The notes: generated by a model not told the origin, from the letters alone. Positions 36,456 to 47,500 are shown, numbered from the stretch's first letter. The stretch: DNA of 64,000 nt from an uncultured Clostridia bacterium (GCA_964492845.1 CAZBMZ010000031.1:2181-66180); one strand, 5' to 3'. Numbers and translations are program-made.

Positions 36456-39257
36456 ATGTCTAATCGCTTAAAGATAAAGCTACTTACAATATTTGTGTGT
36501 TTTTTGATACTGGTAATAGTGCCTAATCAATCGTCCTTCTCTAGCAATAAGTTTTATTTTTCTCCTTATCAAGTAGGAGAATCTAACCCGCCAAAAATAA
36601 ATAGTGTTAGCCCTAATAAATTTCCTTTAGCTGGAAATGTGGAAATTGTCATAACGGGAGAGAATTTTTCTGCTAACTCATTGATAGTTTTAGGAGATAA
36701 AGTTATTGCAAATGCTACAATTAGCGAAAAAGAAATAAGGTTTTTAGCTCCTAGTCAGGACTTAGCTGGAAACCTAACTTTAACAATACAAAATGTTAAT
36801 GGTTTAGCTCAAAGCGAACTCCAAGCATTACCCAAAGATATAAATGAGTTACAACCAGGTGAAATTACTACTTTACTTGCAACTAAGGCTGCTTTAGGAA
36901 ATGGACAATCAGCTAGCAAAATAAGCTTAAAATCTTCTGCTAAAATATCAGTTGATAAAAATGGAAATATTTTTATTGCAGACACAATTAATCATTGTGT
37001 GCGGCGTGTAGATGCTAAAACAGGCATTATTACTTTGGTAGCTGGAATGGGGGTTGCGGGTTTTGCTGGTGATGGACAACTAGCTTTAACAGCTAAACTT
37101 AATAGTCCAACAGATGTTGCTTTAGATAATGATGGAAATATATTTATTTTAGATTCTGGTAATTTAAGAATTCGCAGGATAGATAACCAAACAGGGATAA
37201 TTACAACTTTTGTTGGAAATGGAATTTTTAGTTGTTTAGGGACATTTTGTGGTGTTAGAGGTGATGGTGGCCTGGCTACAGAAGCTAGTGTAGAGGCAGA
37301 AGCCATAAGCGTAGATGCTTCAGGAAATTTATTTATCATAGAATCTGGCATAGAATTTAATTGCATTAGAAAAGTGGACAAGCAAACGGGAATTATTACT
37401 GGGTTTCTTGGTAGTTGTCCAAAACAATTTTTTATACCTTGTGATCCAGAAAAAGAAGATAACTGTATGTCTTTTATTGATATTGCTTCAGATAAAGAAG
37501 GGAATATCTTTGCAATTAATTCGGGAAATGATTCTATTGATCGAATAGACTCTACCACTGGACAAAGAAGTATATTGCAACGCTATGACCGGTTTAATAG
37601 CCAAATTCCAAAACTTAGTTCTATTGCAGTTGATCAAGAAGGAAACGTCTTAATAACCACTGTGGAAAATACAATTATTAAGCTAGATGGAAAAACTGGG
37701 GAAATGCTCTCAACAATTGCTGGTAATGGAGAAAGGGGTTTTAGTGGTGATAAAGGATTGGCAATAGAAGCTAGCTTTGATTTTTTTGATACCTCCTTGG
37801 AAGAAGAAGCATCTTTAGATGTTGACCAAATAGGAAATATTTTTATTTCCGATGCTGGCAATAATAGAATCCGTAAAATTTCAGCTAATACAAACATAGT
37901 AGAAACAATAGCTGGTGTAGGTCAGGTTATAACTGAACCATCAGAAAACGCTTTTCTAAATATGCCCTACATAAAAGTAAAAAATGACAAGCTTTATGCT
38001 TCAGATATTTTTACTAATACTGTAAAAGCCTTAGACTTAAACACAGGGCAAATAACAGTTATTGCAGGTAATGGTCGAGAAGGTTTTAGTGGCGATGAGG
38101 GATTAGCAACAGAAGCTAGCTTAAATTTTCCTCAAGGCATAGCAATTAATAATGCGGGAGATGTTTTTATTGCTGATAGGGGTAATAGTCGTGTCCGAAA
38201 AGTAGATGCTAAAACAGGTATAATTACTACGTTTGCTGGTAATGGTAAGTTTGACGAGGTAGTTAAAAATGATGTTGTAGCAACAGAAACCTGTTTATTT
38301 GGCCCATTGGATTTAGTCTTGGATTTAGAAGAAAATCTACTTGTTATAGATGGGCCTGCTATTAGAAGAATAGATGCTAAAACTAATATTATCAATAAGA
38401 TTGCTGGTAATGGATATAAGAAAGGTGATGGAATTTTAGCAACAGAAGCTGACTTAAATGATCCTATTAGCATAGCAGTAAATTCTAAAGGGGATATTTT
38501 TGTTACTAGCTTTAGTGATGGAAAAGTGTACCGAGTAGATGCTAAAACAGGTATAATTACTACTTTTGTTGGTAAAAAGATGACCGGATTTAATGGCGAA
38601 GGGATACTTGCAACTGAAGCAGGAATAGTACTACCAAAAGGAATAACTTTTGACGAACAAGATAATTTGTTTGTTACCGACACTTTTAATAACTGGGTAA
38701 GAAAAGTAGATGCCAAAACAGGAATTATTAATACTGTTGTAGGAAATGGTTCTTTAGGCTATAGCGGTGATAATGATTCTGCTGTAGGTGCTAGTTTAGA
38801 AACGCCTAGTATAATTGCTTATGGTAATGGAAAGCTATTTATTTGTGACCAGGTGATAGACCCCAACGATTTTGGTTTGTTTTTTAACCAATTTAACCGA
38901 GTTGTTAGAGTGGCTAAGATAGCAACAGAAGATGATTTTGGATTATTTATAACTAATCTTCCTGCTGTTTTTGTTAGTCAACAAAAACGAGAAAAATTTG
39001 TAATTAGTATTAATAAGTTAAATGCTTTTGAGGGAGATGTTACGATTACCCCTCCGCAAAATTTGCCTTTAGGAATTAAGTTTATCCCTGCAAAGCCTAT
39101 TACAATTAATACAAATGCTAATTTTAAGGTTAAAATTACAAAAGAACTTCCTTGTGGTAATAATAAATTTACTTTTGTTGGGCAGGATTCAAAAGGACGT
39201 AAAAGAAATGTTGAATTAAGAGTAATCTCCGAAGAACAATTATTTTGTATTAGGTAA
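36456..39257 (+). CDS. Secreted NHL-repeat protein with N-terminal IPT/TIG domain (paralogue class of 9811..13743)
   Basis: Signal peptide present. IPT segment PPKINSVSPNKFPLAGNVEIVITGENFS. About 12 NHL-type repeats (GNIFIADTINHCVRRVDAKTGIITLVAG...). Confidence 0.85.
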   Translation: MSNRLKIKLLTIFVCFLILVIVPNQSSFSSNKFYFSPYQVGESNPPKINSVSPNKFPLAGNVEIVITGENFSANSLIVLGDKVIANATISEKEIRFLAPSQDLAGNLTLTIQNVNGLAQSELQALPKDINELQPGEITTLLATKAALGNGQSASKISLKSSAKISVDKNGNIFIADTINHCVRRVDAKTGIITLVAGMGVAGFAGDGQLALTAKLNSPTDVALDNDGNIFILDSGNLRIRRIDNQTGIITTFVGNGIFSCLGTFCGVRGDGGLATEASVEAEAISVDASGNLFIIESGIEFNCIRKVDKQTGIITGFLGSCPKQFFIPCDPEKEDNCMSFIDIASDKEGNIFAINSGNDSIDRIDSTTGQRSILQRYDRFNSQIPKLSSIAVDQEGNVLITTVENTIIKLDGKTGEMLSTIAGNGERGFSGDKGLAIEASFDFFDTSLEEEASLDVDQIGNIFISDAGNNRIRKISANTNIVETIAGVGQVITEPSENAFLNMPYIKVKNDKLYASDIFTNTVKALDLNTGQITVIAGNGREGFSGDEGLATEASLNFPQGIAINNAGDVFIADRGNSRVRKVDAKTGIITTFAGNGKFDEVVKNDVVATETCLFGPLDLVLDLEENLLVIDGPAIRRIDAKTNIINKIAGNGYKKGDGILATEADLNDPISIAVNSKGDIFVTSFSDGKVYRVDAKTGIITTFVGKKMTGFNGEGILATEAGIVLPKGITFDEQDNLFVTDTFNNWVRKVDAKTGIINTVVGNGSLGYSGDNDSAVGASLETPSIIAYGNGKLFICDQVIDPNDFGLFFNQFNRVVRVAKIATEDDFGLFITNLPAVFVSQQKREKFVISINKLNAFEGDVTITPPQNLPLGIKFIPAKPITINTNANFKVKITKELPCGNNKFTFVGQDSKGRKRNVELRVISEEQLFCIR

Positions 39258-39365
39258 TTATAGAGATAATTACTAAAGCCGCAAAAAATAGCTTGAAAAA
39301 TTTTAATTGCTGCTTTAGCATACGAAGGAATTCATAAACACCTGTTATCAATATCTAAAAATTTT

Positions 39366-39464
39366 ATGCAAAGCACAAGATTTAGCAATTTCAGATTTAC
39401 CTTCCGCTTCTCCTTTAGGGAGCAGCGGACGGCTAAGACTTGTGCAAAGGAAATAGTTGATTAG
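39366..39464 (+). CDS. Candidate Phe-rich leader peptide (32 codons) of the Phe-biosynthesis operon
   Basis: Below the ORF-track cutoff. ATG CAA AGC ACA AGA TTT AGC AAT TTC AGA TTT ACC TTC CGC TTC TCC TTT AGG ... TAG encodes MQSTRFSNFRFTFRFSFREQRTAKTCAKEIVD, with 6 Phe among residues 6-17. No obvious SD. Lies between a candidate promoter and an intrinsic terminator just upstream of chorismate mutase. Confidence 0.55.
   Translation: MQSTRFSNFRFTFRFSFREQRTAKTCAKEIVD
39404..39434 (+). promoter_or_regulatory. Attenuator segments 1 and 2 (anti-antiterminator hairpin; segment 2 also complements the terminator's 5' arm)
   Basis: CCGCTTCTCC (39404..39413, covering Phe codons) pairs with GGAGCAGCGG (39419..39428) in 9 of 10 positions. 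GCGGACGGCT (39425..39434) pairs with AGCCGACTGC (39503..39512) in 9 of 10 positions, including one G-U and with one A-A mismatch. Confidence 0.5.
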
Positions 39465-39504
39465 TTGATTAAAAGTTAATAGCACAAAAAGTTTTAGACT
39501 AAAG

Positions 39505-39549
39505 CCGACTGCGATTCCCTAAATAAAGATCGCAGTCGGTTTTGTTTTT
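39505..39549 (+). terminator. Intrinsic terminator (attenuator 3:4 hairpin) 50 nt upstream of chorismate mutase
   Basis: CCGACTGCGAT-13nt-ATCGCAGTCGG (11-bp perfect stem) followed by TTTTGTTTTT. Confidence 0.8.
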
Positions 39550-39600
39550 ATGGGCTACTTTTAACAAACTTAAAAATCTCTCGAAAGGAAGAAAAAAACA

Positions 39601-39882
39601 ATGAATATTGAAGATTGCAGAGCAGAAATAGACGCTGTAGATGAAAAAATTATTCATTTGCTAAATCGTCGTGCTGAACTAGTAGCAAAAATAGGCGAGA
39701 TAAAACAGCTTCAAGGGCTACCTATTTATGATCCAATCAGGGAAAGTATTGTACTTGCAAATATTTATAATTCTAATAAAGGCCCTTTAGACAACGAAAC
39801 GCTAGAAAGATTCTTTAAGCAAATTATCGCTAAATCTAAGCTTATAGAAACTAATTACATAGAAACTACACTAGCATCTTAA
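39601..39882 (+). CDS. Chorismate mutase (AroQ class, monofunctional)
   Basis: 93 aa. CRAEIDAVDEKIIHLLNRRAELVAKIGEIK...PIYDPIRE is the typical AroQ helix 1 / loop. SD GGAAG. Confidence 0.85.
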   Translation: MNIEDCRAEIDAVDEKIIHLLNRRAELVAKIGEIKQLQGLPIYDPIRESIVLANIYNSNKGPLDNETLERFFKQIIAKSKLIETNYIETTLAS

Positions 39883-39910
39883 CTTTAATAACAAAAGGGT
39901 TGCAAAAATT

Positions 39911-40762
39911 ATGACATATGTAGCATTTCAAGGAGAACCAGGAGCATTTAGCGAAGAAGCCGCTATTTCATTATTAGGCTCACAAACTCAACTACTTCCC
40001 TGCAACAGTTTTGAATCAATGTTTGACGAGGGCCATCAAGGAAAAGCTGATATGATTCTTGCTCCGCTAGAAAATAGTTTAATAGGCTCTATTTCACGCT
40101 GTTATGACCTGCTTTTAGAAAGTTCTTTACAAATTATTGCCGAAGTTGTTCACCCTATTCATCATTGCTTAATAGGCTGTCAAGGGTCGTCTTTTGAAGA
40201 TATAAAAACTGTAGAATCCCATCCAGCAGCACTAGCACAATGTGAGAAATTTTTTGCAGCAAATCCAAAAATCAAAGCTATTGCAACAAATGACACTGCT
40301 GCAAGCGTGCGCCGAGTTATTGAAAGATCTGATCCAACTGTTGCAGCAATTGCTAGTTATCGAGCTTGCTTAATTTATAAAGGTAAACTTTTAGGTCAAA
40401 ATCTAGAAGACAATAGCCAAAATTATACCCGCTTTGGACTACTTACCTCTAAGGATAAGGCTAGTAGAAAATCAACTAAGTTTTCTATACCTAATAAATT
40501 ATCTTTAGCCTTTTATCCATCAAAAGCTGACAATGAGCTATGTAGATTGCTACAGTATTTTACCGATCACAATATAGAGCTATTAAAAATAGAGACACGA
40601 CCAATCAAGGGACGACCTTGGAACTACTCATTTTGCTTAGATTTAAGAGCTTGTCTTGAAAAAGAGCAGCTAAAAAATATCCTAGAAGACCTTCAAAACC
40701 AAGGTTATAAACTGCAATTCTTAGGGTTTTATCCTGAAATGTTAATGCCCAAGCAAAATTAA
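39911..40762 (+). CDS. pheA: Prephenate dehydratase with C-terminal ACT domain
   Basis: VAFQGEPGAFSEEAA start, ENSLIGSI, SHPAALAQC, NYTRF, and an ACT-like tail (LLKIETRPIKGRPWNYSFCLD). Confidence 0.85.
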   Translation: MTYVAFQGEPGAFSEEAAISLLGSQTQLLPCNSFESMFDEGHQGKADMILAPLENSLIGSISRCYDLLLESSLQIIAEVVHPIHHCLIGCQGSSFEDIKTVESHPAALAQCEKFFAANPKIKAIATNDTAASVRRVIERSDPTVAAIASYRACLIYKGKLLGQNLEDNSQNYTRFGLLTSKDKASRKSTKFSIPNKLSLAFYPSKADNELCRLLQYFTDHNIELLKIETRPIKGRPWNYSFCLDLRACLEKEQLKNILEDLQNQGYKLQFLGFYPEMLMPKQN

Positions 40763-40777
40763 ATGGAGAATTAAAAA

Positions 40778-41830
40778 ATGCTTATCAAAATGCTAGAAAG
40801 CGCGACAGAAAGCCAAATAAATTATTTAATAGAAAAAGTAAAAGAGCTTGGGTTTAAACCCTATACAAATTACAGCAGTAATTCTATGACAATTGCAATA
40901 ACAGGAAATGGAAATTCTGACAAATTAAAAACTTTGTCCAATGAATCAGGAGTAAATATGCTTGTACCAACAACACATCCTTTTAAGCTTGCTAGTAGAC
41001 AAAATAAGCTTCAAACCTCGGTGATTGATGTAAGAGGTGTAAAAATAGGTGGAAGAGAAGCTGTAGTAATAGCCGGGCCTTGTTCGGTTGAATCGCGCGA
41101 ACAGCTTTTAGAAACAGCTATTGCAGTAAAAGCGGCTGGTGCTGTGATGTTAAGAGGAGGTGCTTATAAACCTCGTACTTCTCCTTATGATTTTCAAGGC
41201 TTAGGAATAGAAGCTTTAGAACTCTTAAAAGAAGCCAGACAACTTACAGGACTTCCAATTGTTACTGAAGTAATGAGCGAATACGATGTTGAAATAATGA
41301 GCGAGTATGCTGATATGTTGCAAGTAGGTGCAAGAAATATGCAAAACTTTGCTTTACTACGTCGTTTAGCAAAACTCCAAACACCAATTTTGTTAAAACG
41401 TGGCCCTTCAGCAACAATTAAAGAATGGTTACTGGCTGCTGAATATTTGCTAGCTGGTGGAAATGAAAAAGTAGTGTTATGTGAAAGAGGAATAAAGGGC
41501 TTTGATACAGAACTACGCAACACGCTTGATTTAGCGGCAGTTGCTCAAGCTAGAGAACTTTCACATTTGCCTATTATGGTTGATCCTTCTCATGCAACAG
41601 GTAAACGCAGTCTGGTTGCTTCGCTTTCAAAAGCAGCCTTAGCATTAGGCGCAGATGGAGTTTTAGTTGAAGTTCATCCTTGCCCTGAATTTGCTTTGTC
41701 CGACGGCCCACAATCGCTAGATTTTCAAGGTTTTGCCGATATGATGTATCAATTAACAGAACCAAATCGCCCTGTTGCTAGTCCAAAAACTTGGATGATA
41801 GAAACAAATATAGCTCAGGCTATAGCCTAA
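40778..41830 (+). CDS. 3-deoxy-7-phosphoheptulonate (DAHP) synthase, type I-beta, with N-terminal ferredoxin-like regulatory domain
   Basis: Core motifs GPCSVES, RGGAYKPRTSPYDFQGLG, QVGARNMQNF, LKRG, DPSHATG. The ~75-aa N-terminal extension resembles the Thermotoga-type FL domain. Confidence 0.85.
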   Translation: MLIKMLESATESQINYLIEKVKELGFKPYTNYSSNSMTIAITGNGNSDKLKTLSNESGVNMLVPTTHPFKLASRQNKLQTSVIDVRGVKIGGREAVVIAGPCSVESREQLLETAIAVKAAGAVMLRGGAYKPRTSPYDFQGLGIEALELLKEARQLTGLPIVTEVMSEYDVEIMSEYADMLQVGARNMQNFALLRRLAKLQTPILLKRGPSATIKEWLLAAEYLLAGGNEKVVLCERGIKGFDTELRNTLDLAAVAQARELSHLPIMVDPSHATGKRSLVASLSKAALALGADGVLVEVHPCPEFALSDGPQSLDFQGFADMMYQLTEPNRPVASPKTWMIETNIAQAIA

Positions 41831-41868
41831 ACTATAGCCTGAACTTTCAATTGATTTTCTCGCACGGG

Positions 41869-43536
41869 TTATTCAAAACTAGAAGCTAAGTCATTGTTGA
41901 TAATATCGCCTGAAACTACTAGCTCTACACGGCGGTTTTGTTGTCGCCCGCTTGGTGTATCGTTTGAGGCTACAGGGCTTGTTTCTCCAAAACCACGAAA
42001 TGTAATTGCGTCAGGAGCTACGCCCTGTTGATTAAGAAAATCTCGGACGGCTTGAGCGCGGTTTTCCGAAAGTTCTTGGTTATATTCGTCTGTTCCAACG
42101 CTATCTGTATGACCTTCAACTTGGATTTTTAGGCCAGGATAAGCTAGCAATATTCCAGAAACTTTAGCTAGTTTTTCACGTGCGCCGGGCTTAAGTGTAT
42201 ATTTTCCAGTATCAAACAAGACATCTGACATATTAACAATTAAACCTCTAGCTGTATCACGTGTTTCTAAAATTACGCTTAATTGTTTAAGTAATTTAGC
42301 GCGAAGTTGAGTTTTTTCATTTTCAGCTTGTAAGCGCAGACGTTCGGCCTCTTGAGCTTGCAAACGGAGGCGTTCAGCTTCGGCTAAAGTAGCTTGTTGT
42401 TGTGCTAGAGCCTCATTTTTAGCACGTTCAGCTTCAGACTTTTGCTGTGCTGCGTGTTTGGCTGCTAGTTCAGCCTCAATTTTAGCGCGTTCAGCTTCCA
42501 TCTTAGCGCGTTCAGCCGCTAAACGTTCATTTTCGGCTAAAGCTCTACGTTGTGCCTCTATGCGGGCTTGTTGCTCTTTAGCTTCGGCTTCGGCTTTAGC
42601 TTGGGCTTCTCGCTCTGCGGCAGCGGCTCGCTCATTGGCTAGTTGTTCGGCTTCAATGCGTTTTATTGTAATAATTCGCGCATCTTCAGCCGTTTGTACT
42701 GCTTCTCTGGACATTGCAGCAACAGGTTTTTTTCCAGATTTGTTTGCTAAATATTTTTTAGCTTGTTCTAAGCTTCTAAGAGCTTTTTCAAATGTTTCTG
42801 GAGCGTATTTTTCTGCTCCTGTCCAACTAGCAATTTGTACTGCATTTTCTGCCTGATAAAATTCTAGTGGAATATCATTAGAAAATCTTACAGGTTTAAT
42901 AGCCATTGGATTTACATTTAATGTGTATTGCCCTCTTTGCAACAGTTCATATTTAGCATCTACTTCTTCTCGATTTCCTTTAGTATCTTGTCTAATAAAA
43001 TTTTCCATCACTACTACATCGCTTGGTTGAGTTACTGCATAATAAGGTTCTGCTGTAACAATTAACCCAAAAGCTTGTAGCTCAACTGTAGCTGATAGCT
43101 TGCTTTCGTCGTCATCTAATAATACTTCGCCAACATTTATTGCTCGCCCTTCAGGAGTAATTGCCCACATTACATAAGTTAAATATTCAGAGCCATATTT
43201 AGTTGCTGGCTCAAGTTTATCCATTTTGGCATCAATCTTTAACACACCTTGTTTACTTTCTACTTTTGCTTCTCCTTTAGCATTTGGCAAAAGGGCTGTG
43301 CCGCGAAAATCAACCTTTGTTGATCCGCTACGATGTCTATAATTAACAGCTTTTATATTTCTAGCTACTACTGTAACGCGGTAAATAGGAGTTGTATCTT
43401 GTTGATAAATATCATCTTGTTGTATTGTTCGTTGTTTTGATTGCATTGGATTAGGTGCTTGGGAAGATTGAGCAAATAAAACACCAGATAAAGAAATGCT
43501 TAACACTAAACTTAAAATAATAGCTTTTACTTTCAT
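41869..43536 (-). CDS. OmpA-family protein with long Ala/Glu coiled-coil and C-terminal OmpA/MotB peptidoglycan-binding domain
   Basis: Signal peptide present. AEREAQAKAEAEAKEQQARIEAQRRALAENERLAAERAK... coiled coil. C-terminal VLFDTGKYTLKPGAREKL...IQVEGHTDSVGTDEYNQELSENRAQAV...NRRVELVV. Confidence 0.85.
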   Translation of the reverse strand: MKVKAIILSLVLSISLSGVLFAQSSQAPNPMQSKQRTIQQDDIYQQDTTPIYRVTVVARNIKAVNYRHRSGSTKVDFRGTALLPNAKGEAKVESKQGVLKIDAKMDKLEPATKYGSEYLTYVMWAITPEGRAINVGEVLLDDDESKLSATVELQAFGLIVTAEPYYAVTQPSDVVVMENFIRQDTKGNREEVDAKYELLQRGQYTLNVNPMAIKPVRFSNDIPLEFYQAENAVQIASWTGAEKYAPETFEKALRSLEQAKKYLANKSGKKPVAAMSREAVQTAEDARIITIKRIEAEQLANERAAAAEREAQAKAEAEAKEQQARIEAQRRALAENERLAAERAKMEAERAKIEAELAAKHAAQQKSEAERAKNEALAQQQATLAEAERLRLQAQEAERLRLQAENEKTQLRAKLLKQLSVILETRDTARGLIVNMSDVLFDTGKYTLKPGAREKLAKVSGILLAYPGLKIQVEGHTDSVGTDEYNQELSENRAQAVRDFLNQQGVAPDAITFRGFGETSPVASNDTPSGRQQNRRVELVVSGDIINNDLASSFE

Positions 43537-43648
43537 TTTTACATTACCCTTTCTTTATTACTTATAATTATTGCAATACTTATGATGTAGCTAATATCGT
43601 ATAGCTTATATCTGTAGGTTATTTAACTAGATATATAAAATAGCTTAT

Positions 43649-44047
43649 TTAAGTGGGTATTGCTTCAAGGTTAGAATTAGAAGTATTGTTAAGTAGTTTT
43701 TCTAGGGGAGTAAGGACTGTTTCCCATAAAGACGCATCTCTCTTTAATTGTAGATTTTTAATTTGTGAAGTGTATAAATGAGCTAGGTTATCATTTAATT
43801 CTAATAGGAAAACAGCATTAGCATTAGTGCGTATACTGTTACTACTAACTCTAACTTCACTGCCTTGAGAGGTAAAAAGAAATATTGCTTTATGTCTATT
43901 ATCTCCTAATCTACCACCCGATAAAATCCCGCTTCTAGTGGCAGGATTAAGTATTTCAAATTGATACTCATGATTTTGGGTGTTAATAATAACTTGATCA
44001 GTTGATTTTAAGTTACAAAAAGGAATTTTTTGTTCATAATTTAACAT
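43649..44047 (-). CDS. Hypothetical protein
   Basis: 132-aa ORF with no recognisable motif or signal peptide. Confidence 0.35.
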   Translation of the reverse strand: MLNYEQKIPFCNLKSTDQVIINTQNHEYQFEILNPATRSGILSGGRLGDNRHKAIFLFTSQGSEVRVSSNSIRTNANAVFLLELNDNLAHLYTSQIKNLQLKRDASLWETVLTPLEKLLNNTSNSNLEAIPT

Positions 44048-44533
44048 AATTATTATCTCCTACGTAGCTCTAAAGAGTAGCTACTAGTTAGTTATTGAAA
44101 AATAATAATTTATCAATAAGTTAATTTCACTTTTTAACCTCGTTTATTCTGCTTATAGATATATCAAAAGGTGTGCCATAAATGAAAAAGTGTTTGTAAT
44201 TTGTTGATTAGACAATAGTTAGGCGAATAACAGGTGTTAACTTAAGAGTAATAAAGGTATTTTATTTGTATTTTAGAGATGTATGCTATTAAGACACTTG
44301 TATTGTATTAATACATCAAAGTAGTGTTTTCTTGGACATAAGCTTTGATCTGCAAATGAATCACCTATAGTTTTTCCATTTTGTATTATTTTTTACATCA
44401 TTTTCTTGTCATATACTTGGGAAGTTAGCCATTTATTTAATTAAATGTAATAATAAAAAGCGACTAGTCTTATCCAAAAGGCACTAGGCAAAAGTAGTTT
44501 AATCTTTACTTAACCAGTTTAAGGAGAATAGTC

Positions 44534-47500
44534 ATGTATTTTATAAGTAAGTTTTTAGCAAAAGTTTTTTTTGCTATTAGTCTAGTAATATTTTCTTTTA
44601 TTAATGTTTATGGTCAAACGTCTGGTACTTTAGATGGTACTGTTGTAGATGAAAATAATGTACCTGTAGAAGCTGCATTAGTAGTTGTAACTAATCAAGA
44701 TGATGGTAGCCCTTATGCAACTAGAAGTAATGCTCAAGGCAAATATGTCTTTTCTTTTCTTGAGCCGGGACGTTATACAATTGCAATTGAAAAAACTGGT
44801 TATCAAAAGACAGAAAAACTTAATTTTATTATTCCATTAAATAAAACTACTGTCACATTACCACCAATTGTAATTAGGTCTTTAAGCGCGCCTAACCCAA
44901 ACCAGCCAGATCCAAACCAGCCGACTCCAACAACTAATCAACCTGTTGCTAGTGCTTCGGGAAATGATGTTTTAGTAGAACTTACAGACGCTGCTAACCG
45001 AGGCAATTATAATAGTCAGCTTTTAACATCACTCCCATTAGGAGGAATTAGATCTTTTGATTTCTTTGCTCTGCTTTCTCCAGGTGTTGCTCCCTCGCCA
45101 GCCACTACAGGTGCAGCAGGCCCAGGTCTTGGGCCAGGTGTTGGTACTTCTGGACAATTTGCCGTTAATGGTCGTCGCGCTCGTTCTAATAATTTTACAA
45201 TTGATGGGTCAGATAATAATGATCAAGATATAGGTGTACGTCGTCAAGGGTTTGTTTCACTTGTTCCACAATCAATAGAAAGTGTTAATGAATTCCAAAT
45301 TTCTACTCAAGTTTGGGATAGTGAGTTTGGCCGCAATATAGGTTCACAAGTTAATGCTGTTTCTCGCTCAGGTGGAAATGAATTTCATGGCACAGCTTAT
45401 GGATTCTTAAATTCTGATAGCTTTAATGCACGAAATTTCTTTGACTTAAAGGGCGGGGCATCAGGCGATAAAGACGAAATTACTCGCTCACAAGTAGGAT
45501 TTGTTTTAGGTGGGCCAATTGTTAAAAATAAGACACATTTTTTTGGCTCTTTTGAAAGACAAGATATAAATGCTTCTCAAGAAAATCATTTTGCTGTGCC
45601 TCTAGCCAATGAAAGAGCTTTACCTGGTTTAACAACAGGAATTGGTAGAGCATTAGGAGCTATTTTTCCATTACCAAATAATTTAGCTGGGCCTTATGGA
45701 GCAAATAATTTTACTCAAATATTACCTAGTAGTGCTAACGGAACAGTCTTTTCTGTTAAACTAAATCAAAAGATAGGAAAAACAGTTTTTACGGCTCGTT
45801 ATAACTTTACAGATGATGATTCAATTATTCCTAGTGTAGGAAATGCAATAAATGCTTCTTTAGGCACAGATACCCGCACACAAAATCTTTCTTTATTTTT
45901 TAATAGTCAAGTGTCTGAAACCATTTCTAATCAAATTCGCATTTCTTATGGACGAACTACACTAGCTTTTCCTGCACAAGCAGGTAGCCCATTATTATTT
46001 GGGGAAAGTGCTGCTACTTTAAATTTGCAGCAATTAACTAGAGATTTGCAACAAGCAGGAAATGTTTTAATCACAGATCCTTATCTTAAAACTCTTAATG
46101 CTCCTTTTGGTAATTTTGATGCTTTTGGTCGTACCGGCCCGCTAGGTCAATTAGTTATATCACCATTTAGCCCAATAGGAGTTGATCCTTTTACTTTTCC
46201 CCAAGGTAGAACAAATAATACTTTTCAATTAGCTGATACTTTAGTAAAAACTATAGGCAATCATACTGTTAAATTAGGTGCTGATTTTAGACGTACACAG
46301 CTTAATAGTTTCTTAGACCGTAATTTCCGACCACAAGTAGTTTTTACTAGCGGGTTTTTTGTAAATCCTAGTTTAGGAGCTAGGTTAATTCCAGGTTCAG
46401 ATGTTGCATTAAGAGCTATACCTTCGCAAGTTTTCCAAGCTCTAGCAACAACTCCAGATTCAACAATTGGGCTACGCTTTAATGAATTTAACTTTTTTGC
46501 TCAAGATAGTTGGCGCGTTAATCGTCGGTTATCTATAAATTATGGGATTCGCTATGAGTATACTTCTGTTCCAGTTGAAGTAAATAATAAGATTGAACAA
46601 ACCTTTAACCTACAATTACCTGCTTCTAATCCTAATATTGGTAGAACTGACTTTGGACAAGCTTTTCAAGGTTTATTTGAAGGTTTTATCAATGATGCAG
46701 TTGGTTCACTTAATAGATTTTTGGATGGTAGAGATAAAATATTTAGACCAGATGGTAATAATTTTAGCCCTAGAATAGGTTTAGCTTTTGACCCATTTGG
46801 CAAAAGCACCACTTCTATTAGATTAGGCTATGGTATTTATTATGACCAAATTATTGGTAGTGTTACTAGCCAATCACGAAATGTTTTTCCAAACTTTATT
46901 CCTATAGTTTTTGATCCACTATTTTCTTTTGATCCTCAAGGCAATGTAATTAATCTTTTAGGAGCTTTTAGAGAAAATGGACTATCAGGTATTGGTCGGA
47001 TAATAAATTTTATTCAACCAGGCACACTTAACACTTTAGGCATTAATAGTGATGTACTGCAATTTGGATTAGGAGAAATTTTACTTGCTACAGGCGCAAG
47101 TAATCCAGGTTTTAATGGCGGCCCAAGAGGTGGAGGACTTGCCTTTGTATTGCCAGATGCTAATTTGCGTAGCCCTTATAGCCAACATTGGAATGTTTCT
47201 ATAGAACATCAATTTGGTCGTGATTTTGTGGTAGCTGCCGCTTATGTTGGTTCAACAGGTACTAAACTAATTAGGTTCCGCACTCCTAACGGAGGGCCAA
47301 ATTCTTTTTCTATAATTACCCCTAATACTGCTTTGCCAACAGGGTTTCAAGCAGACGCATTTGCTCCATCACGTAAGGATCCAAACCTTGGGCCATTTAC
47401 TGTAATTGAATCTTCGGCTGCTTCTATTTATCACTCACTGCAACTGTCTATTACTAAACGCCTAAATAATGGCTTACAATTTGGTTCTAGCTATACTTAT

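Noticed and set aside
36992-38716. Track ORFs 36992..37558, 37634..37897 and 38132..38716 on the minus strand
   Set aside because: Same artefact: antisense frames kept open by the repetitive codon composition of the second NHL gene.
42458-42856. 132-aa plus-strand Ala/Ser/Arg-rich ORF
   Set aside because: It is antisense to the Ala/Glu coiled-coil region of the OmpA-family gene, a composition artefact.
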